DNA from: Alkalilimnicola ehrlichii MLHE-1
GTDB taxonomy: Bacteria; Pseudomonadota; Gammaproteobacteria; Nitrococcales; Halorhodospiraceae
Length of the DNA: 32,000 nucleotides
Reading direction: 5' to 3'
NCBI RefSeq assembly: GCF_000014785.1
Contig: NC_008340.1
Span: 390,001 to 422,000 of the forward strand
The notes beneath the pieces are model-generated. The model was not told the origin of the DNA. It was given only the letters and a program-made list of their open reading frames with translations, and did no database searches. Position numbers and translations under genes: made by a program. Below are positions 19,526 through 28,390 of this stretch, one piece after another. Each line of letters opens with the position of its first letter. Within the stretch, counting starts at the first letter, position 1.

Positions 19526-20686
19526 TCAGGCCGGGTCGACGCAGAACTGCTTGATCAGCCGGCGCAGCCGCTCCACCGTGGGCGTGAGCCGGTCCAGCGC
19601 CAGGTATTCGTCCGGCTGGTGGGCCTGGGCGATGTCGCCGGGCCCCATCACCACCACGTCCAGCCCCATGTCGCGCAGGAAGGGTGCCTCGGTGCCGAAG
19701 GCCACCGCCTCGGCCGGGAAGCCGGTGAGCTGTTCGCTGGCGCGCACGATCTCCGCCGTCTCCGGGGTGGCCATGGGCTGCAGCCCCGGGAACAGCGAGC
19801 GCAGGTGCAGGTAGCGGGCCTGCTCGCCCAGCGCCGCCTCCAGCCGTTGGCGCAGCAGGTAGCGCAGCTCCTCCAGGCCCATTCCCGGCAGCGGGCGGAT
19901 GTCGATGTGCAGCTCCGCCTCGCCGCAGATGCGGTTGGGGTTGTCGCCGGCGTGCAGGTGCCCCAGGTTCATGGTGGGCACCGGGACGTCGAACCGGGCG
20001 TCCTGGTACTGCGCCTGCAGCTCGCCGCGCCACTCCAGCAGGGCGTTGAGCACCCGGGTCATCAGCTCCAGGGCGTTGCGGCCCAGGGCCGGGTTGCTGG
20101 AGTGGCCGGAGTGTCCCTCGATGCGGATGGCCTCCATCATCATGCCCTTGTGCGTGCGCACCGGGCGGCCGTTGGTGGGCTCGCCGATGATCGCGTGCCG
20201 GCCCAGGGGGTGTTGGCTCTCCACCAGGGCGCGGGCGCCGGTCATGCCCGACTCCTCGTCGGCGGTGGCCAGCAGCACCAGCGGTTGCTTGAGGTCCTGC
20301 GCGCGCAGGCCGCGGGCGGCCTCCAGGGCCAGGCCCAGGAAGGACTTCATGTCGGTGGTGCCCAGGCCGTAAAGGCGGCCGTCGCGCTCGGTGAGCACAA
20401 AGGGGTCAGAGGTCCAGAGCGCACCGTCGTAGGGTACGGTATCGGTGTGCCCGGAGAGCACCAGCCCGCCGGGGCCGCGGCCCAGGGTGGCGATCAGGTT
20501 GGCCTTGTCCGGATGGCCGGGTACCGGCTGGATCTCGCACACGAAGCCGGCGGCCTCGGCCCAGCCGGCGAGCAGATCGATGACCTCGCGGTTGCCCTGG
20601 TCCAGGGCCGGGTCCACGCTGCTGACCGAGGGGGTGGCAATCAGCCCCCTCAGCATGTCCATCAATGCCGGCGCCTCACCGCTCAT
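19526..20686 (-). CDS. argE: Acetylornithine deacetylase
   Basis: M20 peptidase motifs VLSGHTDTVPYDGALWTSDPF, ATADEESGMTGARALV, IIGEPTNGRPV; start MSGEAPALMDMLRGL; four bases from argA. Confidence 0.94.
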   Translation of the reverse strand: MSGEAPALMDMLRGLIATPSVSSVDPALDQGNREVIDLLAGWAEAAGFVCEIQPVPGHPDKANLIATLGRGPGGLVLSGHTDTVPYDGALWTSDPFVLTERDGRLYGLGTTDMKSFLGLALEAARGLRAQDLKQPLVLLATADEESGMTGARALVESQHPLGRHAIIGEPTNGRPVRTHKGMMMEAIRIEGHSGHSSNPALGRNALELMTRVLNALLEWRGELQAQYQDARFDVPVPTMNLGHLHAGDNPNRICGEAELHIDIRPLPGMGLEELRYLLRQRLEAALGEQARYLHLRSLFPGLQPMATPETAEIVRASEQLTGFPAEAVAFGTEAPFLRDMGLDVVVMGPGDIAQAHQPDEYLALDRLTPTVERLRRLIKQFCVDPA

Positions 20687-20723
20687 GGCCACCCCGTTGT
20701 TCTCCGCTGCTTGTCCCAGGTCG

Positions 20724-21377
20724 TTACAGGGTATCACCCCAGCCACGGCGGCGCTTCCAGCGGATCCGCGGCAGGATAAGGCCGAGAATGAGCCCCACCA
20801 GCAGCACGCCGGCCCCGGCCAGGAACCAGTCGCGCTGGGTCTGGCGGGCGAGGGCGGTCTTGTCCGCCTCCAGTTCACGGATCTCCGCCTGCAGATCGCT
20901 GATGGTGGTCTGCAGGCGCTGGTGTTCGTCGGCCAGCTCAAGGCCCTCGCGGGCATCCTCCAGGCGGGCCTCCAGGCGGTCGCGCTCGCTCTCCAGCGCC
21001 GCCACCCGTTCGGCCAGCTCGTCGGCGTGCTCGCGGGTCTCGGCCAGTTGCGCCGCCATCTCCTCGCGCGCCTCCTCGGCCGCTTCCACCCGGCGGTTGG
21101 CCGCCTCCAGCCGCTGCCGGGCGCTGGGCTCGTTCATCAGGTGCCGGGTCTCGATCCAGCCCTCACGGCCCTGGCCGTCGCGCACCTGGGTCCAGTCACC
21201 GCTGCTGTCCAGCTGCTGCAACTGCGTGCCGGAGCTTACGAAGCGCAGGATGCGGTGCTGCATGCTCGGGCCGCTGCGCTTGGCCACCTCGAGCTGATCG
21301 CTGACGTAGACCTGGGCATGGGCGGTCAGGGGCAGGGCGGTGAGTAACAGGAGCAACAGCAAGCAAATCCGGCGCAC
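20724..21377 (-). CDS. SH3-domain membrane protein, TIGR04211 / YgiM-like
   Basis: GTG start with GGAGG upstream; signal peptide VRRICLLLLLLLTALPLTAHAQVYVSDQLEV; SH3b-like region; coiled-coil; C-terminal TM WFLAGAGVLLVGLILGLILPRIRWKRR. Confidence 0.85.
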   Translation of the reverse strand: MRRICLLLLLLLTALPLTAHAQVYVSDQLEVAKRSGPSMQHRILRFVSSGTQLQQLDSSGDWTQVRDGQGREGWIETRHLMNEPSARQRLEAANRRVEAAEEAREEMAAQLAETREHADELAERVAALESERDRLEARLEDAREGLELADEHQRLQTTISDLQAEIRELEADKTALARQTQRDWFLAGAGVLLVGLILGLILPRIRWKRRRGWGDTL

Positions 21378-21611
21378 CGGCAACCTCCAGGGCTTCGAGT
21401 GGGGTGGACTGGGGCGAGAGTCGCTTCGCCCTCCCGGAGCCCGCGGAAAACGGGGCGGGAGGGCAGAGTTTAGCCGATGGGCGGGCGGGTAAAAACCGTG
21501 CGTGCGCGGGTTGCTTGCGTGCGGCCGGCGGCACGCGGCGCTGCTTGGTGAACGCGGGCGGGGGTGCGACAATGCCGCCCCGCCCACCAAGCCCGCTTCG
21601 AGGAGGTCCCG

Positions 21612-22823
21612 ATGACGGCAGCATTGCCCCCATTACGCCTGAAACCCGGTGAGGACAAGCGCCTGCGCGCCGGCCACTTGTGGGTGTTCAGCAACGAGGT
21701 GGATATCGACGCGACCCCGCTGAAGGCCTTCGAACCGGGCCAGGACGCGCTCCTGGTGGACAGCCGCGGCCACGCCCTGGGCACGGTGTACGTCAACCCG
21801 GGCTCGCTGATCTGCGCCCGGCTGGTGAGCCGGGACAGCCGGTACCGGCTGGATGAGTCGCTGCTGGTCCACCGGCTGAAGCTGGCGCTGGGCCTGCGGG
21901 AGCGGTTGTTCGATGCGCCCTATTACCGGCTGGTGCATGGTGAGGCGGACGGCCTGCCGGGGCTGGTGATCGACCGGTTCGGTGATGCCTGCGTGGTGCA
22001 GGTGAACACGGCGGGGATGGAGCGGGTCCGCGACAGCATTGTCACAGCGCTGGGCCGGGTGCTGGGTGAGGGGCCGGTGCTGTTGCGCTGTGACAGCGCG
22101 GTGCGCGAGCTGGAGGGGCTGACGCGGTATCAGGCCTGGGGCAGTGGGCCGGAGGCGCAGACCCTGGAGGTGGTGGAGAACGGGGTGCGCTTCCAGGTGC
22201 CCGCGACCACCGGGCAGAAGACCGGCTGGTATTACGACCACCGGATGAACCGTCAGGCGCTGCGGCCCTGGGTCCCGGGGCGGCGGGTGCTGGATGTGTT
22301 CAGCTACATGGGCGCTTGGGGGGTGCAGGCGGCGGTGGCCGGCGCGGCCGAGGTCTTCTGCGTCGACAGCTCGGAGCAGGCCCTGGACGGTGTCGCGGAG
22401 AATGCCGCCCTGAATGGCGTGTCCGACCAGGTGGCGGGGGTACAGGGGGACGCCTTCGATGCCTTGGCGGAGTTGCGCCAGGCCAATGAGCGCTTCGATG
22501 TGGTGGTGGTGGACCCGCCGGCCTTTATCAAGCGCAAGAAGGATTTCCGTCAGGGTTTCAAGGCCTATCAGCGGTTGAACCGGATGGCGATGCAGTTGCT
22601 GAACAAGGAGGGCCTGCTGGTGACGGCCTCCTGCTCGGCGCACCTGCCGGAGCAGCGGCTGCTGGACGCGGCCCAGGCGGGGGCGCGCCACCTGGAGCGC
22701 AGCCTGCGCGTGGTGGCCCTGGGTCACCAGGGGCCGGACCACCCGGTGCACCCGGCGATCCCCGAGACCCGCTACCTGAAGGCCGCCTTCTGCCGGGTGT
22801 TGCCGGCGGGGAGCATGCCTTAG
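21612..22823 (+). CDS. rlmI: 23S rRNA (cytosine(1962)-C(5))-methyltransferase
   Basis: AGGAGG ribosome-binding site before ATG 21612; N-terminal PUA-like LRLKPGEDKRLRAGHLWVFSNEVD; SAM-MTase TGWYYDHRMNRQALRPWVPGRRVLDVFSYMGAWGVQAA; VVDPPAFIKRKKDFRQG. Confidence 0.94.
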   Translation: MTAALPPLRLKPGEDKRLRAGHLWVFSNEVDIDATPLKAFEPGQDALLVDSRGHALGTVYVNPGSLICARLVSRDSRYRLDESLLVHRLKLALGLRERLFDAPYYRLVHGEADGLPGLVIDRFGDACVVQVNTAGMERVRDSIVTALGRVLGEGPVLLRCDSAVRELEGLTRYQAWGSGPEAQTLEVVENGVRFQVPATTGQKTGWYYDHRMNRQALRPWVPGRRVLDVFSYMGAWGVQAAVAGAAEVFCVDSSEQALDGVAENAALNGVSDQVAGVQGDAFDALAELRQANERFDVVVVDPPAFIKRKKDFRQGFKAYQRLNRMAMQLLNKEGLLVTASCSAHLPEQRLLDAAQAGARHLERSLRVVALGHQGPDHPVHPAIPETRYLKAAFCRVLPAGSMP

Positions 22824-22918
22824 CGGGCTTTTGGCGGCCCTCTCCGCTAGTTGGTGCTGGGGCTCCGCTTTGGTATGGCGGGTGCTGGGTCTGCCGGGGG
22901 CTTCGGGGGGTGCGGGTC

Positions 22919-23024
22919 GGCCCTTGGGGTGCTTCGGTTGCGGATACGCTGTGAATACATCCCTGTACGCTCGAAGGCCGCATCCCTGCGGCCTACGATC
23001 CGCAACCGAAGCACCCCAAGGGCC
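22919..23024 (+). repeat. Nested-palindrome intergenic element, copy C
   Basis: 27-bp arms 22919-22945 / 22998-23024 (GGCCCTTGGGGTGCTTCGGTTGCGGAT), segment ACGCTGTGAATACATCCCTGTACGCT, inner hairpin CGAAGGCCGCA-TCCC-TGCGGCCTACG (10/11 paired). Confidence 0.88.
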
Positions 23025-23142
23025 TCTCGGCAGGACCGACCCGGATATACCGTAAGCCTGACAGAGCGTGCACCCCGGACTGAGCCCGAAAAACACCCCC
23101 GCACCGGCCGGCTGGTCAGCGCAGCGGGGTCCCGCTAGCAGG

Positions 23143-24399
23143 TCACCGCTTCATCGAGTCAAAGAACTCGCCGTTGGTCTTGGTGTCCTTCAGCTTGTCC
23201 AGCAGGAACTCGATGGCGGCCAGGTCGTCCATCGGGTGCAGCAGCTTGCGCAGGATCCACACCTTCTGCAACTCGTCCGGCTTCATCAGCAACTCCTCGC
23301 GGCGGGTGCCCGAACGGTTGATGTTCACCGCCGGGTAGATCCGCTTCTCGGAGATGCGCCGGTCCAAGTGCAGCTCCATATTGCCGGTGCCCTTGAACTC
23401 CTCGTAAATCACCTCATCCATCCGCGAGCCGGTGTCCACCAGCGACGTGGCGATGATCGACAGACTGCCGCCTTCCTCCACATTGCGCGCCGCACCGAAG
23501 AAACGCTTCGGCCGGTGCAGGGCATTGGCGTCCACACCGCCGGTCAGCACCTTGCCCGACGAAGGCACCACCGTGTTATAGGCCCGGGCCAGACGGGTGA
23601 TGGAATCCAGCAGGATCACCACATCCTTCTTGTGCTCCACCAGCCGCTTGGCCTTCTCGATCACCATCTCCGCCACCTGCACGTGGCGGCTGGCCGGCTC
23701 GTCGAAGGTCGAGGAGACCACCTCGCCGCGCACCGAGCGCTGCATCTCCGTGACCTCCTCCGGGCGCTCGTCGATCAGCAGCACGATCAGATAGGTCTCG
23801 GGGTGGTTGGCGGTGATGCTCTGCGCGATGTGCTGCAGCAGCATCGTCTTACCCGCCTTGGGCGGCGAAACCAGCAGGCCGCGCTGGCCCTTACCGATGG
23901 GGGCGATCAGGTCGATGATCCGCGCGGTGAGATCTTCCGTGGAGCCGTTGCCGCGCTCCATGCGCATACGCTCGGTGGCGTGCAGCGGCGTGAGGTTCTC
24001 GAACAGCACCTTGTGCTTGGCGTTCTCCGGCGGCTCGAAGTTGATCTCATTGACCTTGAGCAGCGCGAAGTAGCGCTCACCATCCTTGGGCGGGCGGATC
24101 TTGCCCGCGATGGTGTCGCCGGTGCGCAGCGCGAAGCGCCGGATCTGGCTCGGCGAGACGTAGATATCGTCCGGCCCCGCCATGTATGAACTGTCGGCAG
24201 ACCTCAGAAAGCCGAAGCCATCCTGCAGGATCTCCAACACGCCATCGCCGTAGATGGGTTCGCCACCTTTGGCCTGCGACTTGAGTATGGAAAAGATGAC
24301 GTCCTGCTTGCGCGAGCGGGCCGTCCCCTCCACGCCCAGTTCCTGGGCCAGTTTCATCAGTTCAGCGGCGGGTTTCTGTTTTAGTTCCGTCAGGTTCAT
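23143..24399 (-). CDS. rho: Transcription termination factor Rho
   Basis: [25 protein letters not shown]...[39 protein letters not shown]...[22 protein letters not shown]. Confidence 0.98.
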   Translation of the reverse strand: MNLTELKQKPAAELMKLAQELGVEGTARSRKQDVIFSILKSQAKGGEPIYGDGVLEILQDGFGFLRSADSSYMAGPDDIYVSPSQIRRFALRTGDTIAGKIRPPKDGERYFALLKVNEINFEPPENAKHKVLFENLTPLHATERMRMERGNGSTEDLTARIIDLIAPIGKGQRGLLVSPPKAGKTMLLQHIAQSITANHPETYLIVLLIDERPEEVTEMQRSVRGEVVSSTFDEPASRHVQVAEMVIEKAKRLVEHKKDVVILLDSITRLARAYNTVVPSSGKVLTGGVDANALHRPKRFFGAARNVEEGGSLSIIATSLVDTGSRMDEVIYEEFKGTGNMELHLDRRISEKRIYPAVNINRSGTRREELLMKPDELQKVWILRKLLHPMDDLAAIEFLLDKLKDTKTNGEFFDSMKR

Positions 24400-24539
24400 G
24401 GTGTCTGCTTTCGGATCATGGCGGGGTCGGGCAAAGCGCACCGGGCGGTGCCTTTGCGACTGGGAGTCTGGATACAGGTGCTGTTTGAGCTGGGGAGGCG
24501 GGGCGCCGCAGGGGCGCCCCGGCTAAAGGCTTTGGGGGC

Positions 24540-24866
24540 TTACAGGTTGCTGTCGATAAAAGCCGTCAGCTGCGACTTGGACAGGGCACCCACCTTGGTG
24601 GCCTCCACACCGCCGTTCTTGAACAGCATCAGCGTGGGGATACCACGGATGCCGTACTTCGGCGGGGTTTCCGGGTTCTCGTCGATGTTCAGCTTGACCA
24701 CCTTGAGCTTGCCCGCGTATTCGGAGGCGACCTCGTCCAGGATCGGGGTGATCATCTTGCACGGACCGCACCAGTCGGCCCAGTAGTCCACGAGTACCGG
24801 CTCGCCGGCCTTGATCACTTCGTCTTCGAAATTCTGATCGGTGGCGTGCACGATCTGTCCGCTCAC
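24540..24866 (-). CDS. trxA: Thioredoxin 1
   Basis: [62 protein letters not shown]; WCGPC active site; next to rho. Confidence 0.98.
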   Translation of the reverse strand: MSGQIVHATDQNFEDEVIKAGEPVLVDYWADWCGPCKMITPILDEVASEYAGKLKVVKLNIDENPETPPKYGIRGIPTLMLFKNGGVEATKVGALSKSQLTAFIDSNL

Positions 24867-25001
24867 GATAAAGCCTCCCGATTGGCTGTTCGGCGTAAAA
24901 TGATGCGCTTAGGGGATTTAAGGGGATAGTACTCGCTTATTGGCTGAGCAGGTACCCGGGATGACGCTGGCTGCAGGTATGAGCCTACCTATTTTGCGCT
25001 A

Positions 25002-25030
25002 ACGATAGCGGGCGCGGGTTGGCGTGTCAA
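25002..25030 (-). promoter_or_regulatory. Putative sigma70 promoter for trxA (possibly into rho)
   Basis: Minus strand: TTGACA (25030-25025), 17-nt spacer, TATCGT (25007-25002); lies upstream of the trxA ATG at 24866 and outside the HAD gene. Confidence 0.5.
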
Positions 25031-25047
25031 ATGGCGTAATGTCGCGT

Positions 25048-25734
25048 TTATCCAGTGACCTGGGCCGGCGGCAGCACCTGGCGGAAGCAGCCCAGCAGCG
25101 GCACGTCGGCGGCCATGAGCGGCGCGGACCCGCTGTCCGGCTGGCGGATGCCCAGTACCGTGGCGATGCCATAGCGCCGGGCGCTGGCCAATGCGGCCAG
25201 GTTATCGTCAATCAGCACACTGCGCCCGGGCCGGAAGGGCGCGCGCTGTTGCAGCCGGTGCCAGAAGCCGTCCTCCTCCTTGGGCCGCTCCAGCTCATGG
25301 GCGCTCACCGCCGCGTCCAGGTGGGCGGCCAGGCCCGTGTGCGCCATCTTCAGTCGCAACACATCCGGGTGGGCATTGGTCACCAGGACCCGGCGCTTGC
25401 CACTGCGGCCCAGGGCCTGGAGAAAGTCCCGGGCGTAGGGGCGCCAGTCAATCAGGTGGGCGATCTCCCGTTTCAGCGCCATCATATCCACCGCCAGCTC
25501 CCGGCTCCAGTAATCCAGGCAGTACCACTCGATCCGCCCCTGAAGCCGTGCCATCCGCGGGAACACCTCCTGCTCGGCCTGAGCCGGCTCCAGGCCCTTC
25601 AGGGTCGCCAGCCGGTGGGGCAGGTGGTGTTTCCAGAAGAGGTTGTCGAAGCGCAGATCGAGCAGCGTGCCGTCCATGTCCAGCAGGACGGTGTCGGTGC
25701 GGGACCAATCGATGGTGGGCGCGGTGGTTGCCAT
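25048..25734 (-). CDS. yrfG: HAD-superfamily hydrolase, YrfG-like (GMP/IMP nucleotidase)
   Basis: DTVLLDMDGTLLDLRFDNLFWKHHLPHRLA...RRVLVTNAHPDVLRLKMAHTGL...SVLIDDNLAALASARRYGI. Confidence 0.86.
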   Translation of the reverse strand: MATTAPTIDWSRTDTVLLDMDGTLLDLRFDNLFWKHHLPHRLATLKGLEPAQAEQEVFPRMARLQGRIEWYCLDYWSRELAVDMMALKREIAHLIDWRPYARDFLQALGRSGKRRVLVTNAHPDVLRLKMAHTGLAAHLDAAVSAHELERPKEEDGFWHRLQQRAPFRPGRSVLIDDNLAALASARRYGIATVLGIRQPDSGSAPLMAADVPLLGCFRQVLPPAQVTG

Positions 25735-25826
25735 GGCTGGATTCTACCACCCGGGGCGGTACTGGGGTATGCGCGGCGGGCGTGTACAATCGAAACCTGG
25801 TTACCGGATTGAGAGTGCCGCGCCCC

Positions 25827-26381
25827 ATGAGCAAGTACCCCGAGATCCTGCATCGCCGCACGGTGGCCCGTTCGCGGCTCTTCCGCGTCGAGGCGGTGGG
25901 GCTGCGTTTCAGTAACGGTGCCGAGGTGGAGTACGAACGTCTGGGCGGGACCTCCCACGGTGCGGTGCTGATCGTGGCCGTGGACGGCCAGGGGCGGGCG
26001 CAGTTGATCCGGGAATACGCGGCCGGCACCGGGCGTTACGAGCTGGGCCTGCCCAAGGGGCGGGTGGAGAAGGACGAGCCGCTGCTGGATGCCGCCAACC
26101 GTGAACTGCAGGAGGAGGTGGGCGTGGCCGCCCGGCGGCTCGAGTGGCTGCGCTCGCTGAGCCTGGCGCCCGGCTACCTCGCCCACCGCACCGAGGTGAT
26201 CCTGGCGCAGGATCTCTACCCCTCCCGTCTGCCCGGCGACGAACCGGAGCCTATCCAGGTGGTGCCCTGGGCGCTGGACGACCTGGAGGGCTTACTGGCC
26301 CAGGAGGACTTCAGCGAAGCGCGCAGCCTCGCCGCCCTCTACCTGGCCCGCGACCACCTGCGGGCCCGCGAGGCCCGGTAA
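25827..26381 (+). CDS. nudE: ADP compounds hydrolase NudE (Nudix)
   Basis: MSKYPEILHRRTVARSRLFRVEAVGLRFSNGAEVEYERL; Nudix box GRVEKDEPLLDAANRELQEEVGV. Confidence 0.9.
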   Translation: MSKYPEILHRRTVARSRLFRVEAVGLRFSNGAEVEYERLGGTSHGAVLIVAVDGQGRAQLIREYAAGTGRYELGLPKGRVEKDEPLLDAANRELQEEVGVAARRLEWLRSLSLAPGYLAHRTEVILAQDLYPSRLPGDEPEPIQVVPWALDDLEGLLAQEDFSEARSLAALYLARDHLRAREAR

Positions 26382-26393
26382 CCGGCCAGCGCT

Positions 26394-27188
26394 TCAGACC
26401 GCCACCGGCGCCTTGATCGGCGGGTGGTGCTGATAACCCTCCAGGGCGATGTCCTCGTAACGGAAGGCGAACAGGTCCCGGACCTCCGGGTTCAGGCGCA
26501 ATCGCGGCAGGGGCAGCGGCTCGCGCTGCAGCTGCCGGTCCGCCTGTTCCAGGTGGTTGGTGTAGAGGTGGCAGTCGCCGCCGGTCCAGATGAACTCCCC
26601 CGGTTTCAGGTCGCAGACCTGGGCCACCATATGGGTCAGCAGGGCGTAGCTGGCGATGTTGAAGGGCAGCCCCAGGAAGATGTCCGCGCTGCGCTGGTAG
26701 AGCTGACAGGAGAGCCGGCCCTCGGCGACATAGAACTGGAACAGGGTATGGCAGGGGGGCAGCGCCATATTGGGCAGTTCACCCACATTCCAGGCCGAGA
26801 CCAGGTGGCGCCGGGAGTCCGGGTGCTCGCGCAGGTCCCGCAGCACCTGGGCCAGCTGATCCACCCGCCGGCCATCGGGGGTGGGCCAGGAGCGCCACTG
26901 CACCCCGTAGATCGGCCCCAGGTCGCCGTTCTCATCCGCCCACTCGTCCCAGATGCTGACGCCATTGGCCTTGAGGTAGGCGATGTTGCTATCGCCGCTG
27001 AGAAACCAGAGCAGCTCGTGGATGATCGAGCGCAGGTGCAACTTCTTGGTGGTGACCACCGGGAAGCCGCGGCTGAGATCGAAGCGCATCTGATGGCCAA
27101 ACACCGACAGGGTGCCGGTACCGGTGCGATCGCTCTTGGGGGTGCCGTGGTGGCGCACGTGCGCCATGAGGTCCAGGTAGGCTTGCAT
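26394..27188 (-). CDS. thyA: Thymidylate synthase
   Basis: [72 protein letters not shown]...[42 protein letters not shown]. Confidence 0.98.
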   Translation of the reverse strand: MQAYLDLMAHVRHHGTPKSDRTGTGTLSVFGHQMRFDLSRGFPVVTTKKLHLRSIIHELLWFLSGDSNIAYLKANGVSIWDEWADENGDLGPIYGVQWRSWPTPDGRRVDQLAQVLRDLREHPDSRRHLVSAWNVGELPNMALPPCHTLFQFYVAEGRLSCQLYQRSADIFLGLPFNIASYALLTHMVAQVCDLKPGEFIWTGGDCHLYTNHLEQADRQLQREPLPLPRLRLNPEVRDLFAFRYEDIALEGYQHHPPIKAPVAV

Positions 27189-27266
27189 AAGCTCCGTGAG
27201 GTCCGGGGTTCAGAGAGTGCCCGCCGCCGCACCAGTGGGGGCGGCGGCAGCGGGTGCCCACCGGGA

Positions 27267-28118
27267 TTATGCCTTGGGATCCGACTCGGTGTCTTCGTCC
27301 GTGGCCTGGATGGAGCGGTCGGAGGGCAGTTCCAGGAAGCTTTCGTCGATATCGTCCACCGGCAGCGGCACCCGCTGCTGCTGCCAGATGCTCTCGTCCT
27401 GGGCGCGGCGTAGCCGCGGCATCTGCTCGCTGAAGCCGCCGGGGTCGGAAGGCCGGCGATACTCCTCCTGCGCCCCGGTGGGGCGAAGGTAGGCCTGATA
27501 GACGCTCTGGATGCCCCGGGCCGAAAGCTCCTGGTATTGTCCGCGGCCCGCCCGGCTGGTGCCGATGGAGCCGGCCGGTTGTGGGGCGCCGCGCAGGGGC
27601 TCGCGCCGCTGGTGTCGCCCCGCCGCGTGGATGCGGCTGAGGGTGGCCTCGAGCTGGCGCCGCAGGGTGCGCTCCCGGCTCAGCGCCTTGCGCAGGCGCT
27701 CGTTCTCCGTGCGGATCCGGTGCAGCTCCTGCTCCGTGTTGGCCCAGGCGGCGCGGCTGGCCTCGTGCACCCGCTCGGGGTCGACGCCGGCCCGGCCCTG
27801 CAGGGCCTCCTCCTGATCCAGCAGCTTCTGGGTGAGTTCCTCATGCTGCTCCCGCAGCTGGGTGAGTTCCGCCTTGGTGCGTTTCAGCTCGCCACGCAGA
27901 TGGGCCAGGCTCTCCTCGGCGCGCCGGCGCTTGGCCACCTCGCTGGCCTGTGAGCGCAGGTGGCGGTTCTCGATACGCTGGCGGCTGGCCTCGAGCTCGG
28001 CCCGGTAATAGGCGGCGTCCTCCGCCAGCCGGGCGCGCGCCTCCTGCAGCTCGCGCCGGAGCCGGTTTATCTCCTGCTGATGCGTGGGGTTCGGGTCGCC
28101 CGATTTCGCGCTCTGCAT
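27267..28118 (-). CDS. Hypothetical coiled-coil protein
   Basis: Start taken at MQSAKSGDPNPTHQQEIN (ORF open to 28151). Long heptad-like EINRLRRELQEARARLAED...LAHLRGELKRTKAELTQLREQHEELTQKLLDQEEAL, then a Pro/Arg/Gln-rich tail; no family recognised. Confidence 0.75.
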   Translation of the reverse strand: MQSAKSGDPNPTHQQEINRLRRELQEARARLAEDAAYYRAELEASRQRIENRHLRSQASEVAKRRRAEESLAHLRGELKRTKAELTQLREQHEELTQKLLDQEEALQGRAGVDPERVHEASRAAWANTEQELHRIRTENERLRKALSRERTLRRQLEATLSRIHAAGRHQRREPLRGAPQPAGSIGTSRAGRGQYQELSARGIQSVYQAYLRPTGAQEEYRRPSDPGGFSEQMPRLRRAQDESIWQQQRVPLPVDDIDESFLELPSDRSIQATDEDTESDPKA

Positions 28119-28216
28119 ATCAGCCTCAGCCTGAAGGGGGCGGCGGACCACACCGGGGGGTCGCCGCCCGGAGCCACAGGCACCCGGCGGCGCAGTCGGC
28201 CCATCTCTAGTCCTTT

Positions 28217-28222
28217 TATACT
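28217..28222 (+). promoter_or_regulatory. Possible -10 box (TATACT) in the divergent region upstream of glyA
   Basis: AT-rich TTTTATACT island in a GC-rich intergenic region; no convincing -35 on either strand. Confidence 0.25.
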
Positions 28223-28390
28223 ATCGTGCCTGGCTGCGCCACTCCAGCGGCAGGCCGGAAAGGGCGGGGAGGCGATGCATCGATCCACCGCATCGGTTAT
28301 CATGGCGGGTCTATCCTGGGCGAGGCCGGAGCCCGTCCGTCCCAAGCCTACCCGACAACCACGTCAGTCTCGTGCAGTGCAGGAGCCTCA

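Noticed and set aside
17986-19554. 522-aa plus-strand ORF sharing the RQGCRLRATGTYL peptide with the BioA extension
   Set aside because: The peptide similarity arises because both frames read the same DNA repeat; the rest is antisense to argA.
21633-23096. 487-aa minus-strand ORF
   Set aside because: Antisense to rlmI; its N-terminus is translation of repeat copy C.
24499-24521. GC-rich 9-bp hairpin (CGGGGCGCC-GCAGG-GGCGCCCCG) between trxA and rho
   Set aside because: No U-tract on either strand, so it cannot be called an intrinsic terminator; short GC hairpins are expected at this base composition.
27223-27248. GCCGCCGC...GCGGCGGC inverted repeat between the coiled-coil gene and thyA
   Set aside because: Low-complexity GC triplets, 8-bp stem with 10-nt loop and no U-tract; likely compositional.
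28251-28390. Possible riboswitch upstream of glyA
   Set aside because: No recognisable glycine, SAM or THF riboswitch core seen by eye; an Rfam scan would be needed.
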